64,000 nucleotides of DNA from a virus. Taxonomy: Duplodnaviria; Caudoviricetes. The translations under genes were made by a program, and so were the position numbers. This document shows positions 18,173 through 28,609 of the stretch, one piece after another. The DNA lies in IMG/VR virus record IMGVR_UViG_3300037400_006004, positions 1 to 64,000 of that record, one strand, 5' to 3'. Each line of letters begins with the position of its first letter. Positions within the stretch are counted from its first letter, which is position 1. The notes below the pieces were generated by a model that saw nothing but the letters and a program-made list of their open reading frames with translations, was not told the origin of the DNA and did not search any database.

Positions 18173-20671
18173 TTATCTTAATGCTACACTTAGAATAATA
18201 TCATTTTCATCTTTAATATTGATAAGTTTTTTACCATAAGTTGTTCTCTTTAATGGTTCTAAGAAATCTTCAGTACTAATTGCAAGAACTTTACTTGTTG
18301 TCGTAATAATAATATCTTTTACATCATCTTTTTCATGAATAGGAATAATTTCAACAAGTTTGTCATCTTTAAGTGCAATACCGATTCTTCCTTTAATTGT
18401 AGCACTTCTCTTTAACCTAGGAAATCCATCATTAATATCAACCATTTTCTTTGTGTTAGGATCTTTTTTCTTAACCATATCAGTAATTAATGTAGTCTTA
18501 CCAAGACCATTTTCTGTAATGAAAAAGATTTTATCCTTTAAATTATTGATAATACATGCACTTGCAATATAATCGTCTTCAGCTAATTTCATAACCGTAT
18601 TACCCTGAGTTGTTCTACCGATAGGTTTAAACTCTTCATGATCGTATCTTACAGTCATACCCTTACTTGAAGCGATAATGATATCCTGAACCTTTTCATT
18701 TGTATTGATAAATCCTACAAATACAATCTGATCATCATTCTTAAGATCAATAGCAATAATACCACTACTATTAATATTCTTGAATTCTTCAAGAGAAGTT
18801 TTCTTTCCAAGTCCATTCTTAGTAACGAATATTAAATAAGAACTCTTATCTGCAATCTGCTCATCACTAAGACATAAGAATTTAACGACCTTTTCATTTG
18901 CTTTGAGATTTAATGGAAGTTTTGTTCCTTTACTTTTTACAGAAGTTTCCTGAATTTTATATACCTTGATATCAAAAACTCTTCCTGTATTCGTAAAGCA
19001 AAGAAGATGATCCTTAGTATTCGTTACAAACATATCTTTCACATCAACTGAGAAATTATTACCCTGAGTATTTCTCTTCTGAGTCTTAAATTTATCAGCA
19101 GGAAGTCTTTTAATATAATTATCTTTTGTAAGAATAACTACACAATCTTCTTTTTCGATAATATCTTCCATAGTGATATTTGTATCAATATCACTATATT
19201 CAGTCTTTTTAGGAGTTCCATATTTCTTTTTCATGTCATTCTGTTCATTGATAATTCTCTTATTAATATTATCAATCTTAAGAGATTCCATGAGTTCTTC
19301 TACTTTACCTTCTTTATCTTTCTTTTCATCTTTAAGTTTATTAATTTCAAGACTAGTAAGAGAAGATAACTTCATATCAAGAATATTATCGATCTGAACT
19401 GTTGTTAAATCTGGAAGTCTCTTTTTAAGATTAACTGCAGCTATATTCCTATCCTTAGACTTTCTAATAATTTTAACAACATCATCAATTGCACTTAATG
19501 CAAGAATCTGTCCTTCAAGAATATGGATTCTTCTTTTAAGTTTATTGATATCAAATACAATAATCCTACGAATAGTCTGCTGTCTAAATTCAATAAACTC
19601 TTTGAGAATTCTCTTGATATCATAGTAATCGTAATACTTATTATTTAAGCATACGAGCTGAATTTTAAAACTTCCTTCAAGTTTTGTATATTTATAAAGC
19701 TGCTGAAGAATTATATTCGGATCATAGTCTTTCTTGACCATTATATTAATATCAATATCCTTTTTGGAGTGATCCTGAATGTCCGAAATACCTTCAATTT
19801 TTCCTTCTTTGATAGCCTTGACAATACTGTTAATAAGACCTCCATCAGTACTATTAGTACTACCTGGAGTAATTCTTGGACCGATTGTTAAGAGATAAGG
19901 AATTTCTAGAATTTTAATAACAGAAGTTCCATTTTTCTTACTTTCAATTTCTACCTTACCTCTAACTTTGATAACACCTTTACCTGTTTTATAGGCTTCG
20001 GTAATATCAGAAGAATTGCAAATAATTCCTCCAGTTGGAAAATCTGGTCTTAAATTCTTTGCAAAATAATCAAGTGAAGTATCTGGTTGTTTAATAAGTT
20101 TAATTGTAGCATCACATACATCATTAATATTATGAGGAGGAATACTACAAGCAAATCCAGATGCAATACCTACTGAACCATTAATAAGAATATTACATAC
20201 CTTTGCAGGAAGTACAGTAGGCTCTAGAAACATTACTGAATAGTTATCTACAAAATCTACTGCATTCTTATTAATATCTTCACAAAGTTCAAGACCATAC
20301 TTTGTTAATCTTGACTCAGTATATCGATATGCTGCAGGACTGTCACCATTAATAGTACCAAAGTTTCCATGACCATCAATCATTGGAAGATTGTTACTGA
20401 ATGACTGTGCTAATCTAGTAAGAGCCTGATATGCAGTAGCATCACCATGTGGTGAATATTTACCAATAACTGATCCTACTGTCATAGCACATTTTACATG
20501 TGGTTTATCAGGAGTACAACCAGTATTATACTCATCCCAAATACAATATCTCTGTACAGGCTTCATACCATCCCTGACATCAGGGATGGCACGTTCCTCT
20601 AGTACAGATCTCATATATTTGAGCATATAATCTTCCTGTAACTCTGTTAAACCAATATCGATAATTCCCAT
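18173..20671 (-). CDS. gyrA: DNA gyrase / type IIA topoisomerase subunit A
   Basis: RAIPDVRDGMKPVQR, YSPHGD, AAYRYTE catalytic Tyr, beta-pinwheel CTD with degenerate GyrA box QKRNTQG. Confidence 0.93.
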   Translation of the reverse strand: MGIIDIGLTELQEDYMLKYMRSVLEERAIPDVRDGMKPVQRYCIWDEYNTGCTPDKPHVKCAMTVGSVIGKYSPHGDATAYQALTRLAQSFSNNLPMIDGHGNFGTINGDSPAAYRYTESRLTKYGLELCEDINKNAVDFVDNYSVMFLEPTVLPAKVCNILINGSVGIASGFACSIPPHNINDVCDATIKLIKQPDTSLDYFAKNLRPDFPTGGIICNSSDITEAYKTGKGVIKVRGKVEIESKKNGTSVIKILEIPYLLTIGPRITPGSTNSTDGGLINSIVKAIKEGKIEGISDIQDHSKKDIDINIMVKKDYDPNIILQQLYKYTKLEGSFKIQLVCLNNKYYDYYDIKRILKEFIEFRQQTIRRIIVFDINKLKRRIHILEGQILALSAIDDVVKIIRKSKDRNIAAVNLKKRLPDLTTVQIDNILDMKLSSLTSLEINKLKDEKKDKEGKVEELMESLKIDNINKRIINEQNDMKKKYGTPKKTEYSDIDTNITMEDIIEKEDCVVILTKDNYIKRLPADKFKTQKRNTQGNNFSVDVKDMFVTNTKDHLLCFTNTGRVFDIKVYKIQETSVKSKGTKLPLNLKANEKVVKFLCLSDEQIADKSSYLIFVTKNGLGKKTSLEEFKNINSSGIIAIDLKNDDQIVFVGFINTNEKVQDIIIASSKGMTVRYDHEEFKPIGRTTQGNTVMKLAEDDYIASACIINNLKDKIFFITENGLGKTTLITDMVKKKDPNTKKMVDINDGFPRLKRSATIKGRIGIALKDDKLVEIIPIHEKDDVKDIIITTTSKVLAISTEDFLEPLKRTTYGKKLINIKDENDIILSVALR

Positions 20672-20674
20672 AAA

Positions 20675-23068
20675 TTAGTCCTCCTGTTCCTGATTCTGTT
20701 TCTTAAGTAGAATCATCTTTCTGAATGCTACATACTTAGGATTATCATCCATAAAATTATCCATTGAAGCCTTTGCCTGTTCTACATCTTCAATAGTTAT
20801 CTTGTATAGATTTCTCTTATCTTTATCAAGAGTAGTATCTCTAAGTTCATCTGCATCCATCTCACCAAGGCCCTTTAATCTTACTCTACTCTTAGGAGTA
20901 ACATCGATAATAAGCTTATCATAAGCCTCGATAGTGAATAAAGAATACTCTTCAGTATCCATATTATCACTATAATAATATATACTTCCGATTGGAATCG
21001 AATTTTTCTTAATAAACTTGAATGTATTTGTAATGAATGTAGTAATATCAGAAAGTTCAAAGAAGACATATTTATCATTAAGAAAACCTTCATACTTATT
21101 AGTATTAGCGTTGAAAATAATATCTCCACCACTAAGCATATTTAAACACTTTTTAACATTCTTTGTAGTTGCACCATTTATAATGCAATAATCAAATACA
21201 CAAAGTAATACTTCTTTGCTAATACCAAAATTATTATTAGCATAGTTAACGATATACTTAAGAAGTTCATCATATTTATTAAATACTGTAGTAATTTTCT
21301 TAATAGTATTTAAAGCCTTATCGTCTTCAGTTACGAAACTATAATTGTTAAGAATAGTTTTATAAATATATTCGTCATATTCTTCCTGATCGATAAAATA
21401 TCTCTTCTTACCCTTTTCAATAATTGAATAGAGTGGAGGAATTGCTACATAGAAATGACCAGTTTCAATAATAGCTCTCATATGGTCAAAGATATATGTC
21501 ATAACAAGCATTGCAATATGATAACCGTCAACATCTGCATCACAGAGTGGAATTACTTTACCATATTTTAAATCTTCAATATTAAAGAGGTCATCAATAG
21601 CATTTTTAATACCTGTTAGGATAAATGCTAAATCAGCACACTCTTTATTTTCAAGAACTTTTCTTTTTTCCATGTTAATTGTATTTAACATTTTACCACG
21701 AAGACTATATACTGCCTGTGTTCTTTTATCTCTTGCTTCTTTTGCAGTACCAGATGCAGAACGTCCTTCTGTAATAAGAATTTCATTCTCATTAATATCC
21801 TTTGAGATACAATTTGCAAGTTTGCTTAAGTCACTTACAATAGAGAACTGATTCTCACCCTTTTTAAGAGTATCTTCTCTAGCCGCTCTAGCATTTTCAG
21901 CTGCTCTTACACTTGTAATAATCTTCATACAGATATTCTTCATATCTTTCTGATTATTATGTGAAAATTCTTCAAGTGCTTCAGAAATAGGTGTAGCAAT
22001 CTTATTAATTTCAGAAGACTTAAGTTTAAGTTTAGTCTGGTTTTCAAAGATTGGATCAGGATGCTTAATAGAAATAATTCCTACAAGACCGTCTACTATA
22101 TTATCACCAGTGATCTTATTTAAAAGCTTTTCATCCTTCTTAGAAAGAAGTTTATTATCAGTAATATACTTCTTAAAGAATCTAGTTAATGTAGTCTTGA
22201 AAGCTGTTTCCTGTACACCACCTTCTCTCATATAAAGAGAATTACAGAATGAGATTAAATCAGTATGGGATTTCTTATCATAACTAAATTCCATATCGAG
22301 CTGGAATACAGTTTTACGAACTTCACTACCATCATCATAATCAAATGGAATTTCTTTAGAAATCTTAATTGTGTTACAAATAGGTTCTTTATTATATTTC
22401 TTAATAAAATCAGAAAGGCCCTTTGGTGAATAAAATTCAAATTTTTCATTTGTATCTTCATTAACAAGAATAATCTTTACACCTTTAAGAACGTAAATTT
22501 TAGAAGATAATTCATTTTTGATAGTTTCAATATCAAATTCAACTGTCTTCATAAATTTCTTATTAGGTTTAAAGAATACAATTGTACCAGACTTTTTCTT
22601 TTTAGTTCCTGTAGCCTTAAGTTCAGTAATTGGAAGTCCATTACTAAACTTCTGAACGTATGCCTTTCCTTCCCTTACAGTCTCAACAATAAAAGACTCT
22701 GATAATGCATTAACAGCTGTAGTACCAACACCGTTAGTACCAGCAGAAGCTGAATATTCATTGTTATTAAACTTACCACTTGAGTGGATCGTACAAAATG
22801 CTTTTTCAATAGCTTTCGGTGGAATACCTCTACCATAGTCTTCTACTACAACTGTACCATTTTTATTTGAAATTTTAATTAAAATTTCATTACCAAAACC
22901 GTTTAAAGCTTCATCAACTGAGTTATCAACAACTTCACGAATCATATGAGTACAACCTTCAATATTGATATCACCAATATACATAGAAGGCTTTTTCTGA
23001 ATATTTTCAGGATAATCATACACCTGAATACTGTTTTCATCATACTGTTGAGTTTTCTTCTTACTCAT
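20675..23068 (-). CDS. gyrB: DNA gyrase / type IIA topoisomerase subunit B
   Basis: EVVDNSVDE, DYGRGIP, TEGRSA, LRGKMLN, DADVDG, KGLGEM; long TOPRIM insertion. Confidence 0.93.
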   Translation of the reverse strand: MSKKKTQQYDENSIQVYDYPENIQKKPSMYIGDINIEGCTHMIREVVDNSVDEALNGFGNEILIKISNKNGTVVVEDYGRGIPPKAIEKAFCTIHSSGKFNNNEYSASAGTNGVGTTAVNALSESFIVETVREGKAYVQKFSNGLPITELKATGTKKKKSGTIVFFKPNKKFMKTVEFDIETIKNELSSKIYVLKGVKIILVNEDTNEKFEFYSPKGLSDFIKKYNKEPICNTIKISKEIPFDYDDGSEVRKTVFQLDMEFSYDKKSHTDLISFCNSLYMREGGVQETAFKTTLTRFFKKYITDNKLLSKKDEKLLNKITGDNIVDGLVGIISIKHPDPIFENQTKLKLKSSEINKIATPISEALEEFSHNNQKDMKNICMKIITSVRAAENARAAREDTLKKGENQFSIVSDLSKLANCISKDINENEILITEGRSASGTAKEARDKRTQAVYSLRGKMLNTINMEKRKVLENKECADLAFILTGIKNAIDDLFNIEDLKYGKVIPLCDADVDGYHIAMLVMTYIFDHMRAIIETGHFYVAIPPLYSIIEKGKKRYFIDQEEYDEYIYKTILNNYSFVTEDDKALNTIKKITTVFNKYDELLKYIVNYANNNFGISKEVLLCVFDYCIINGATTKNVKKCLNMLSGGDIIFNANTNKYEGFLNDKYVFFELSDITTFITNTFKFIKKNSIPIGSIYYYSDNMDTEEYSLFTIEAYDKLIIDVTPKSRVRLKGLGEMDADELRDTTLDKDKRNLYKITIEDVEQAKASMDNFMDDNPKYVAFRKMILLKKQNQEQED

Positions 23069-23168
23069 TAAAAATCCTCCTGTCAATAAATTAGAATTTT
23101 ATTCCAAATATATAATATATGCTTAAAATAAAAAAATAGACCCATAAAATGGGTCTATTTTTTATATA

Positions 23169-23408
23169 TTAATCTAGTATATCCATTACTGTTAATTTTG
23201 CTTCAAGAGACTTTACAAATTTTTGTAAGTCATTTAGCTCAGCATTATTAACAGCATTTGAAATTTCAGTAGTTTCAAGTAAATTATCTAATTTACTTTT
23301 AGCTTTTTTATATTTTGAATATATTAAATTATATCTTATATTACAAATAATCTTTTTAACACACCATAGACTAACTAATATTGAAATAACAAATAAAATT
23401 TTATACAA
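23169..23408 (-). CDS. Small membrane-anchored hypothetical protein
   Basis: N-terminal hydrophobic helix; AGGAGG RBS with TTG start. Confidence 0.6.
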   Translation of the reverse strand: MYKILFVISILVSLWCVKKIICNIRYNLIYSKYKKAKSKLDNLLETTEISNAVNNAELNDLQKFVKSLEAKLTVMDILD

Positions 23409-23428
23409 TTTAAAAGTCCTCCTTTTGT

Positions 23429-24706
23429 TTAAGATGGCTGATAACCAGATCTCTGACGATGTCTCTTTCGTCTATTAGTCTTAGGCTTAGCCACTACTTC
23501 TTCAACTTCCATTGACTTAAGAGCTTCATGCATTCTTTCAAGCATTTTGCCAAAGTCACTATTATCTTTACGTCTTAGTTTTTCTTCATAAAGAAGTTCA
23601 GCTCTATTTTTAAAATAACTATTGAGTTTTGGTCCATACTTAGGATTATAATCATACTTTACAAACTGATAATTCGATTCTTCATCCTGAATAGTAAGGA
23701 TTAATGCATATACATCATCATCATCAGGAATATAATGATTTTCTTTAGTTTTTTCAGCACGACTTTTAATCCATGTACCAATAGAGTATCTACCATTAAT
23801 AGAACGAGGATTGTTATATTCTTTAAAAGTATTTAAAATAGGATAAATACTTTTAAGAAGAGTATACATATCATCATAATCTTCTTTATTAGCTGTAATA
23901 TTATTTAAGCAAATTTTAAATTTACCTAAATAAGTCTGATAATTCATTACAAAATTAGCTACCTGTGGAATAAATGTAGGAATATTTTCATGATTTCTTG
24001 CGTTGGACCAATCATAAGTCTTTTCCATTAATTCTTTAATACATCTGATTAATTCTTCATCAAGTGTATTATTATTAGCTGCATAAATAAGATTGAATAT
24101 AGCAGTACTATAATCATTAATCATTGAAATATATTCTTTCTTAAGATTTTCATCAAAGCTAATAAGCTTATAATTATTTTCCATACATTTCTTCATAAAA
24201 ATATAATATGGATGCTTTTTATATTTAGGAATAAGTTTTTTACAATTATTTAAAAATTGATTTGCATCTTCATACGAACAAGTATCATCAATTCCAATAC
24301 GCCCATAAGGATCAAGTTTTTCAACACAATCTGGACAGATTCTTACAGATACTTTACATCTTGGAAAATTATTGGAAGATACCTTATAGATATCTTCAAG
24401 ATCATGTTCTTTATTACAAAAAGCACATTTACATTTTTTATTTTTTGGATTCTGAAAATTAATAGGAATAATACCATCTGCTTCTTGACCGACCACATAC
24501 CAATCTTTAAAGAAATATTTAATTTCTTCAATATCAGATTGAGATAGAGGTTTATCAATATTAACTTTTCTTAAATCTCTATAGCTTACTGCATCTTTAG
24601 ACTTAGAAAGAAGAATCTTGAAAGCATTTTTCATAGCTTCCATTTCATCTTTTGATGGTGTTTTTCCTTTTTCTAATTTAATGAGTGTATTTTCAAATGT
24701 AGTCAT
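23429..24706 (-). CDS. Hypothetical protein with CxxC Zn site and basic C-terminal tail
   Basis: 425 aa ORF, CAFC...CPDC. Confidence 0.7.
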   Translation of the reverse strand: MTTFENTLIKLEKGKTPSKDEMEAMKNAFKILLSKSKDAVSYRDLRKVNIDKPLSQSDIEEIKYFFKDWYVVGQEADGIIPINFQNPKNKKCKCAFCNKEHDLEDIYKVSSNNFPRCKVSVRICPDCVEKLDPYGRIGIDDTCSYEDANQFLNNCKKLIPKYKKHPYYIFMKKCMENNYKLISFDENLKKEYISMINDYSTAIFNLIYAANNNTLDEELIRCIKELMEKTYDWSNARNHENIPTFIPQVANFVMNYQTYLGKFKICLNNITANKEDYDDMYTLLKSIYPILNTFKEYNNPRSINGRYSIGTWIKSRAEKTKENHYIPDDDDVYALILTIQDEESNYQFVKYDYNPKYGPKLNSYFKNRAELLYEEKLRRKDNSDFGKMLERMHEALKSMEVEEVVAKPKTNRRKRHRQRSGYQPS

Positions 24707-24762
24707 TTTCCATTACCTCCCTAGTGAAATCCTAATTTTTTGTTAGTTGCGGACTTAAAATT

Positions 24763-24797
24763 TAAAGACCATTATCATAAACTGATAATGGTCTTTA
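24763..24797 (-). terminator. Hairpin after helicase gene
   Basis: TAAAGACCATTATCA / TGATAATGGTCTTTA. Confidence 0.6.
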
Positions 24798-24801
24798 TAG
24801 C

Positions 24802-26034
24802 TTATATAGCGATTATAATCTCTTTAGAAGCACGAGTTATACCAGTATATAACATCTGCCAATAAAGAGGATCTCTATAATTTCTAAATGGTTCAAAAAT
24901 GAAAAATACTTTATCCCATTCAGAACCTTGAGACTTATGACAAGTTATTGTGTATCCAAAAGTAAGTTTATTAATGGTTGAAAATTCATCAAAGAACATT
25001 TTTCTTTTCTTAAGAATATCACCATATTTATACTTTACTATATTTTCTTTATCGAATAATTCTTTATCTGTTGTGAATCCTTGCTTAAAATACATCATAT
25101 CTATTGGAACATAAAAAACACTATTGTTAAAGAAATCTGGTCTTAATTTAGCATTTGCATGATAAGTAGAAGACATAATTTCTAAATCATTTTCTAGATA
25201 ACAACCTAATCCATTTACTAAATTTGTAACTACATTATTTTCAGCACAAATAGCATTCCAATTATTTCTTAAACATATAAGTTTTTCACCTTTTCTAGGA
25301 ATCCAATTATCAGATGTAATTCCCATAAATGCTCTTCTATAAAAGCTATTCATCTTCTTTACAGTATCGTTTTTACCTGCTATAATCTGATCTGCATTTT
25401 TAAGAGCTTCTAGGTCAAGTTCATTTTTCCTTATAACTTTTACTCCATCACCATAATCTCCAAGTTTAATATATTTATGCTGTCTTGCTTGATCTGCTAA
25501 ATATATAATTGGATTATCTAAGGCTTGCCTTAATGGTTTAGTTAAAGTTGCATCTGGAACTAAACATAGATTACTAGCTTCTCCCATTGGTGGTGGTAAT
25601 TGATTTGGATCTCCTAAACAAATGGTTTTAATACCAAAAGAAAGTAAGTCATCCATAATATTTTTACTTACCATATAAAATTCATCTATTACAAGAAGTT
25701 CAATATTTTCATCAATAGAACTTTTTTTTACAAAATCTGTAACTTCTCCGTCTTCATTTATTACTGGATCATAGATTAATTTATGAATTGTCATAGCAGG
25801 ATTTCCTTTTTTGATAAGAACTGAAGCTGCTTTACCAGTATATGTAGCATATCTTACATTACAACTATTTATGCCAATTAGCTCAATAAGATATTTAACT
25901 ATTGTAGATTTACCTGAACCAGCACATCCTAACAATACAAAAGGTTTTTTGTATTCCTTATTTAAATACCATTGTTTAGCTAATTCTATAGCATAATTTT
26001 GTTCATCTGTTAATGTAAATGATACATCAGACAT
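24802..26034 (-). CDS. Dda/RecD-like SF1B helicase
   Basis: GCAGSGKST, VIDE, GDPNQLPP, LRQA, YTITCHKSQGSEW, LYTGITRA. Confidence 0.9.
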   Translation of the reverse strand: MSDVSFTLTDEQNYAIELAKQWYLNKEYKKPFVLLGCAGSGKSTIVKYLIELIGINSCNVRYATYTGKAASVLIKKGNPAMTIHKLIYDPVINEDGEVTDFVKKSSIDENIELLVIDEFYMVSKNIMDDLLSFGIKTICLGDPNQLPPPMGEASNLCLVPDATLTKPLRQALDNPIIYLADQARQHKYIKLGDYGDGVKVIRKNELDLEALKNADQIIAGKNDTVKKMNSFYRRAFMGITSDNWIPRKGEKLICLRNNWNAICAENNVVTNLVNGLGCYLENDLEIMSSTYHANAKLRPDFFNNSVFYVPIDMMYFKQGFTTDKELFDKENIVKYKYGDILKKRKMFFDEFSTINKLTFGYTITCHKSQGSEWDKVFFIFEPFRNYRDPLYWQMLYTGITRASKEIIIAI

Positions 26035-26353
26035 TTAATTACCCTCCTTTTAATCCTACAATAATATTTTATTATTGTAAAAATTAAATTTAAATATCAT
26101 AAAATTCATTAAACCATTCTTTAAATGATTTTCTCCTTTCTTCCATTTTATTCTTTAAAAACTTTCTTTCTGCTTCTTTTCCAAGGCGATATCCATATAT
26201 AATACCACCCAATGTTGCTGCACAACAACAGAGCCATACTACGACAAAAGTATATTCAACCATACATAATACCTCCAGAAAATATATTTATTTCCATAGT
26301 TATAATATATAAATATAAAATAAACTTTACATTATTATAAAGGAGGGATTTTA

Positions 26354-26887
26354 ATGCAACATTTTGGATTATTTGATGAAAAAATAGTTCATCGTTTTAA
26401 TTTTCAAGGAGAATATGTTGGATATGTATTAGATAATTCAGAATTTGAAGATACTTTACAAATAAAGGTATTTGTTCCAGAATTATTTGGTTATAATTAT
26501 ACTCCAGCTATTAAAAATATAGATAGTACTGTAGAAATATCTACAAGTCATTTATTTAATAAAGATGAGGTAAATATTACAACTCAAGTAAATAAACAGG
26601 AATATATTTATGCTAGAATTATATTAGATAGATCTGATATTACTGGAACGAAAGAATCTTTTTTAAAAGAAGTAAGACCTAAGATTGGTGAAAAAGTAAT
26701 TGTATATTTCTTTAATAATAACCCAACTAATTGTGTGTATGAAAATAAACTATTCTTAACTGATGGAGAAACTTTAGAAATAACTGAAGATACTACAACT
26801 GCTTCTAAAATTATTAAAATTATTAATAAAGAAAGTGAAAAGAAATCTAAAACTGATAAGATTGTATGGCAATATTTTAAAGGATAA
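26354..26887 (+). CDS. Baseplate spike OB-fold-like protein (gp5/gpV N-terminal type)
   Basis: YVGYVLDN..IKVFVPELFG ... PKIGEKVIVYFFNNNP. Confidence 0.55.
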   Translation: MQHFGLFDEKIVHRFNFQGEYVGYVLDNSEFEDTLQIKVFVPELFGYNYTPAIKNIDSTVEISTSHLFNKDEVNITTQVNKQEYIYARIILDRSDITGTKESFLKEVRPKIGEKVIVYFFNNNPTNCVYENKLFLTDGETLEITEDTTTASKIIKIINKESEKKSKTDKIVWQYFKG

Positions 26888-26902
26888 GAAAGGGTGATAT
26901 AT

Positions 26903-27574
26903 ATGGCTGATAACAGTACTGAAAAACAAATTAGTTTCCAAATAGTTAATGATTCTACTTCTGATAAAACTAAAACTAAAAAAGAATTTCAAGAATTTTT
27001 AGAAGATACTATTATGAAATTAGAATTACAATATAATGACTATGTAGCATTCGTAGTAGATAATATTAATGATACTGAAGGTGCTAATAGAGCTATTCTT
27101 TTAAGATTAAATGGAGGAGATACACAAGTATTTTTTAATAGTTCAGATACATTCTTAATGTCAAGAGCTGTTTCTGCAAAAGAAGAAGTTACTAGTAATA
27201 ATTATGGTTTAATGTCTCCTATTAATCTTGCTAAATTATTAAATCTTGATAATAATTTAAATATTGAAAAAACTAATTCAACAGTAGCAAGTAATAATAA
27301 AATTTTATCCGATATTATTGAAGTAGATGAAGAAAAAACTATTAATAATACAAATAAAATTTATAAATTTAAAGAAGGTAAAATTAGTACTATCGATGAT
27401 ATTAAAGATCAATTAGAAGCTCATTCTGAAAATATTGAAGCTATTTCAGATTTCTTACAGTTAGAAAATACTAATTCTCAATATCTTAATATTCAAGAAT
27501 ATATTGAAACATTAGTTGATGCAAAAGTTGATAAAATTGTTAGTGATTATATTAATCATACTCATAGAAATTAA
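26903..27574 (+). CDS. Putative spike-associated protein with C-terminal HxH
   Basis: Ends YINHTHRN; co-transcribed with the OB-fold gene. Confidence 0.45.
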   Translation: MADNSTEKQISFQIVNDSTSDKTKTKKEFQEFLEDTIMKLELQYNDYVAFVVDNINDTEGANRAILLRLNGGDTQVFFNSSDTFLMSRAVSAKEEVTSNNYGLMSPINLAKLLNLDNNLNIEKTNSTVASNNKILSDIIEVDEEKTINNTNKIYKFKEGKISTIDDIKDQLEAHSENIEAISDFLQLENTNSQYLNIQEYIETLVDAKVDKIVSDYINHTHRN

Positions 27575-27610
27575 AATAATCCCTATAGGTTTTTACCTAT
27601 AGGGATTATT
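27575..27610. terminator. Bidirectional terminator (CCCTATAGG family)
   Basis: AATAATCCCTATAGGT / ACCTATAGGGATTATT. Confidence 0.8.
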
Positions 27611-27612
27611 TA

Positions 27613-28101
27613 TTAATGATATTCTTTCTTTATTTCATCATCCATTGGAGTTCTCCAACATTTTCTACAAAACATATTAGTTTTATCAAATTTATTTGGA
27701 TCTCCTGCTAAACATTCACAGCAATTTTTACCATAAATACTTTGAACACAAAAACTAGGAATATGATATTTATCAATAGAAACATTTGGCATCTTTTCTT
27801 TGATATCCATTAAATAACTAGTAGGTGGATTATCATTAAGCCAGTTTAGTACAGTTCTGTTTATTTCATTACCTCCACCAAATTGCTTATATAAAATTGC
27901 ATATCCGCATACTCTACCACTATTTAATGGGCAATATTCACAACCTTCATTATTAGAAATATGATCACACATATATTGAATATCTCTAATATTAACATCT
28001 TTTTTGCCTTCAAAAACTAAATCAGTAATGACATCTGTATTTTCAAATGGATCTAAAATTTCAACTTCCATTAATTCATCTTTTTCTTTATTATCAGACA
28101 T
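27613..28101 (-). CDS. Cys-rich hypothetical protein
   Basis: CEYCPL, CCEC, CRKCW; late promoter 28129-28140. Confidence 0.65.
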   Translation of the reverse strand: MSDNKEKDELMEVEILDPFENTDVITDLVFEGKKDVNIRDIQYMCDHISNNEGCEYCPLNSGRVCGYAILYKQFGGGNEINRTVLNWLNDNPPTSYLMDIKEKMPNVSIDKYHIPSFCVQSIYGKNCCECLAGDPNKFDKTNMFCRKCWRTPMDDEIKKEYH

Positions 28102-28225
28102 TAGTTATCACTCCTTTTATCAACTTATTAAATATATGTTGAATATTAGACTTTTTAAAAAATAAATTATTTTATAACAAATTATTGTAGAGTTAAAGTT
28201 ATAGCTAATGAAAAGAGGTAGTAAA

Positions 28226-28471
28226 ATGAAAAAGCAATTAAAGTTTATTAACGTTTCTGATGTAGCTAATTTTGTCAATATAGGACTCGGTGTACCATTT
28301 GATATTACTGCTGGTAAAGGTAGATATGTTGTAGATGGTAAATCTCTTATGGGAATTTTATCTTTAAACTTATCAGATCCAGTAACTATTGAGTATGACG
28401 AAAATGATTCTAGATGTACTGAAGAGATAGAAAGTGCATTTTTAGAAAAAATAAAAAATTACATTATATAA
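28226..28471 (+). CDS. HPr-family protein lacking His15 (clostridial Crh-like type)
   Basis: GRYVVDGKSLMGILSLNLSDPV keeps the Ser46 motif; no His in the protein. Confidence 0.8.
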   Translation: MKKQLKFINVSDVANFVNIGLGVPFDITAGKGRYVVDGKSLMGILSLNLSDPVTIEYDENDSRCTEEIESAFLEKIKNYII

Positions 28472-28533
28472 CATATTTTTATAAAATTAGATATTTCAGT
28501 ATATCTATTGAAATATCTAATTTCATTATATAT

Positions 28534-28607
28534 CGCAGGTTATTGTATCGGTCACATATCTGGCTCATAACCAGATCAGACGGGTTCGACTCCCGTACCT
28601 GCAACCA
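28534..28607 (+). tRNA. tRNA-Met(CAT), probably initiator
   Basis: Cloverleaf; anticodon arm TCTGG-CTCATAA-CCAGA; TTCGA T-loop; C1:A72 mismatch; encoded CCA. Confidence 0.9.
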
Positions 28608-28609
28608 AT

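Noticed and set aside
23169-23408. Membership of this small TM protein in the array family (ends LEAKLTVMDILD)
   Set aside because: Only the last helix resembles the module; the preceding strand and acidic cap are missing
26090-26270. Small early membrane-peptide gene behind the promoter at 26302
   Set aside because: An RBS is present, but coding potential is split across frames (37-aa MVEYTF... and a GYRLGKEAERK... tail); a reliable product cannot be defined and it may be decayed
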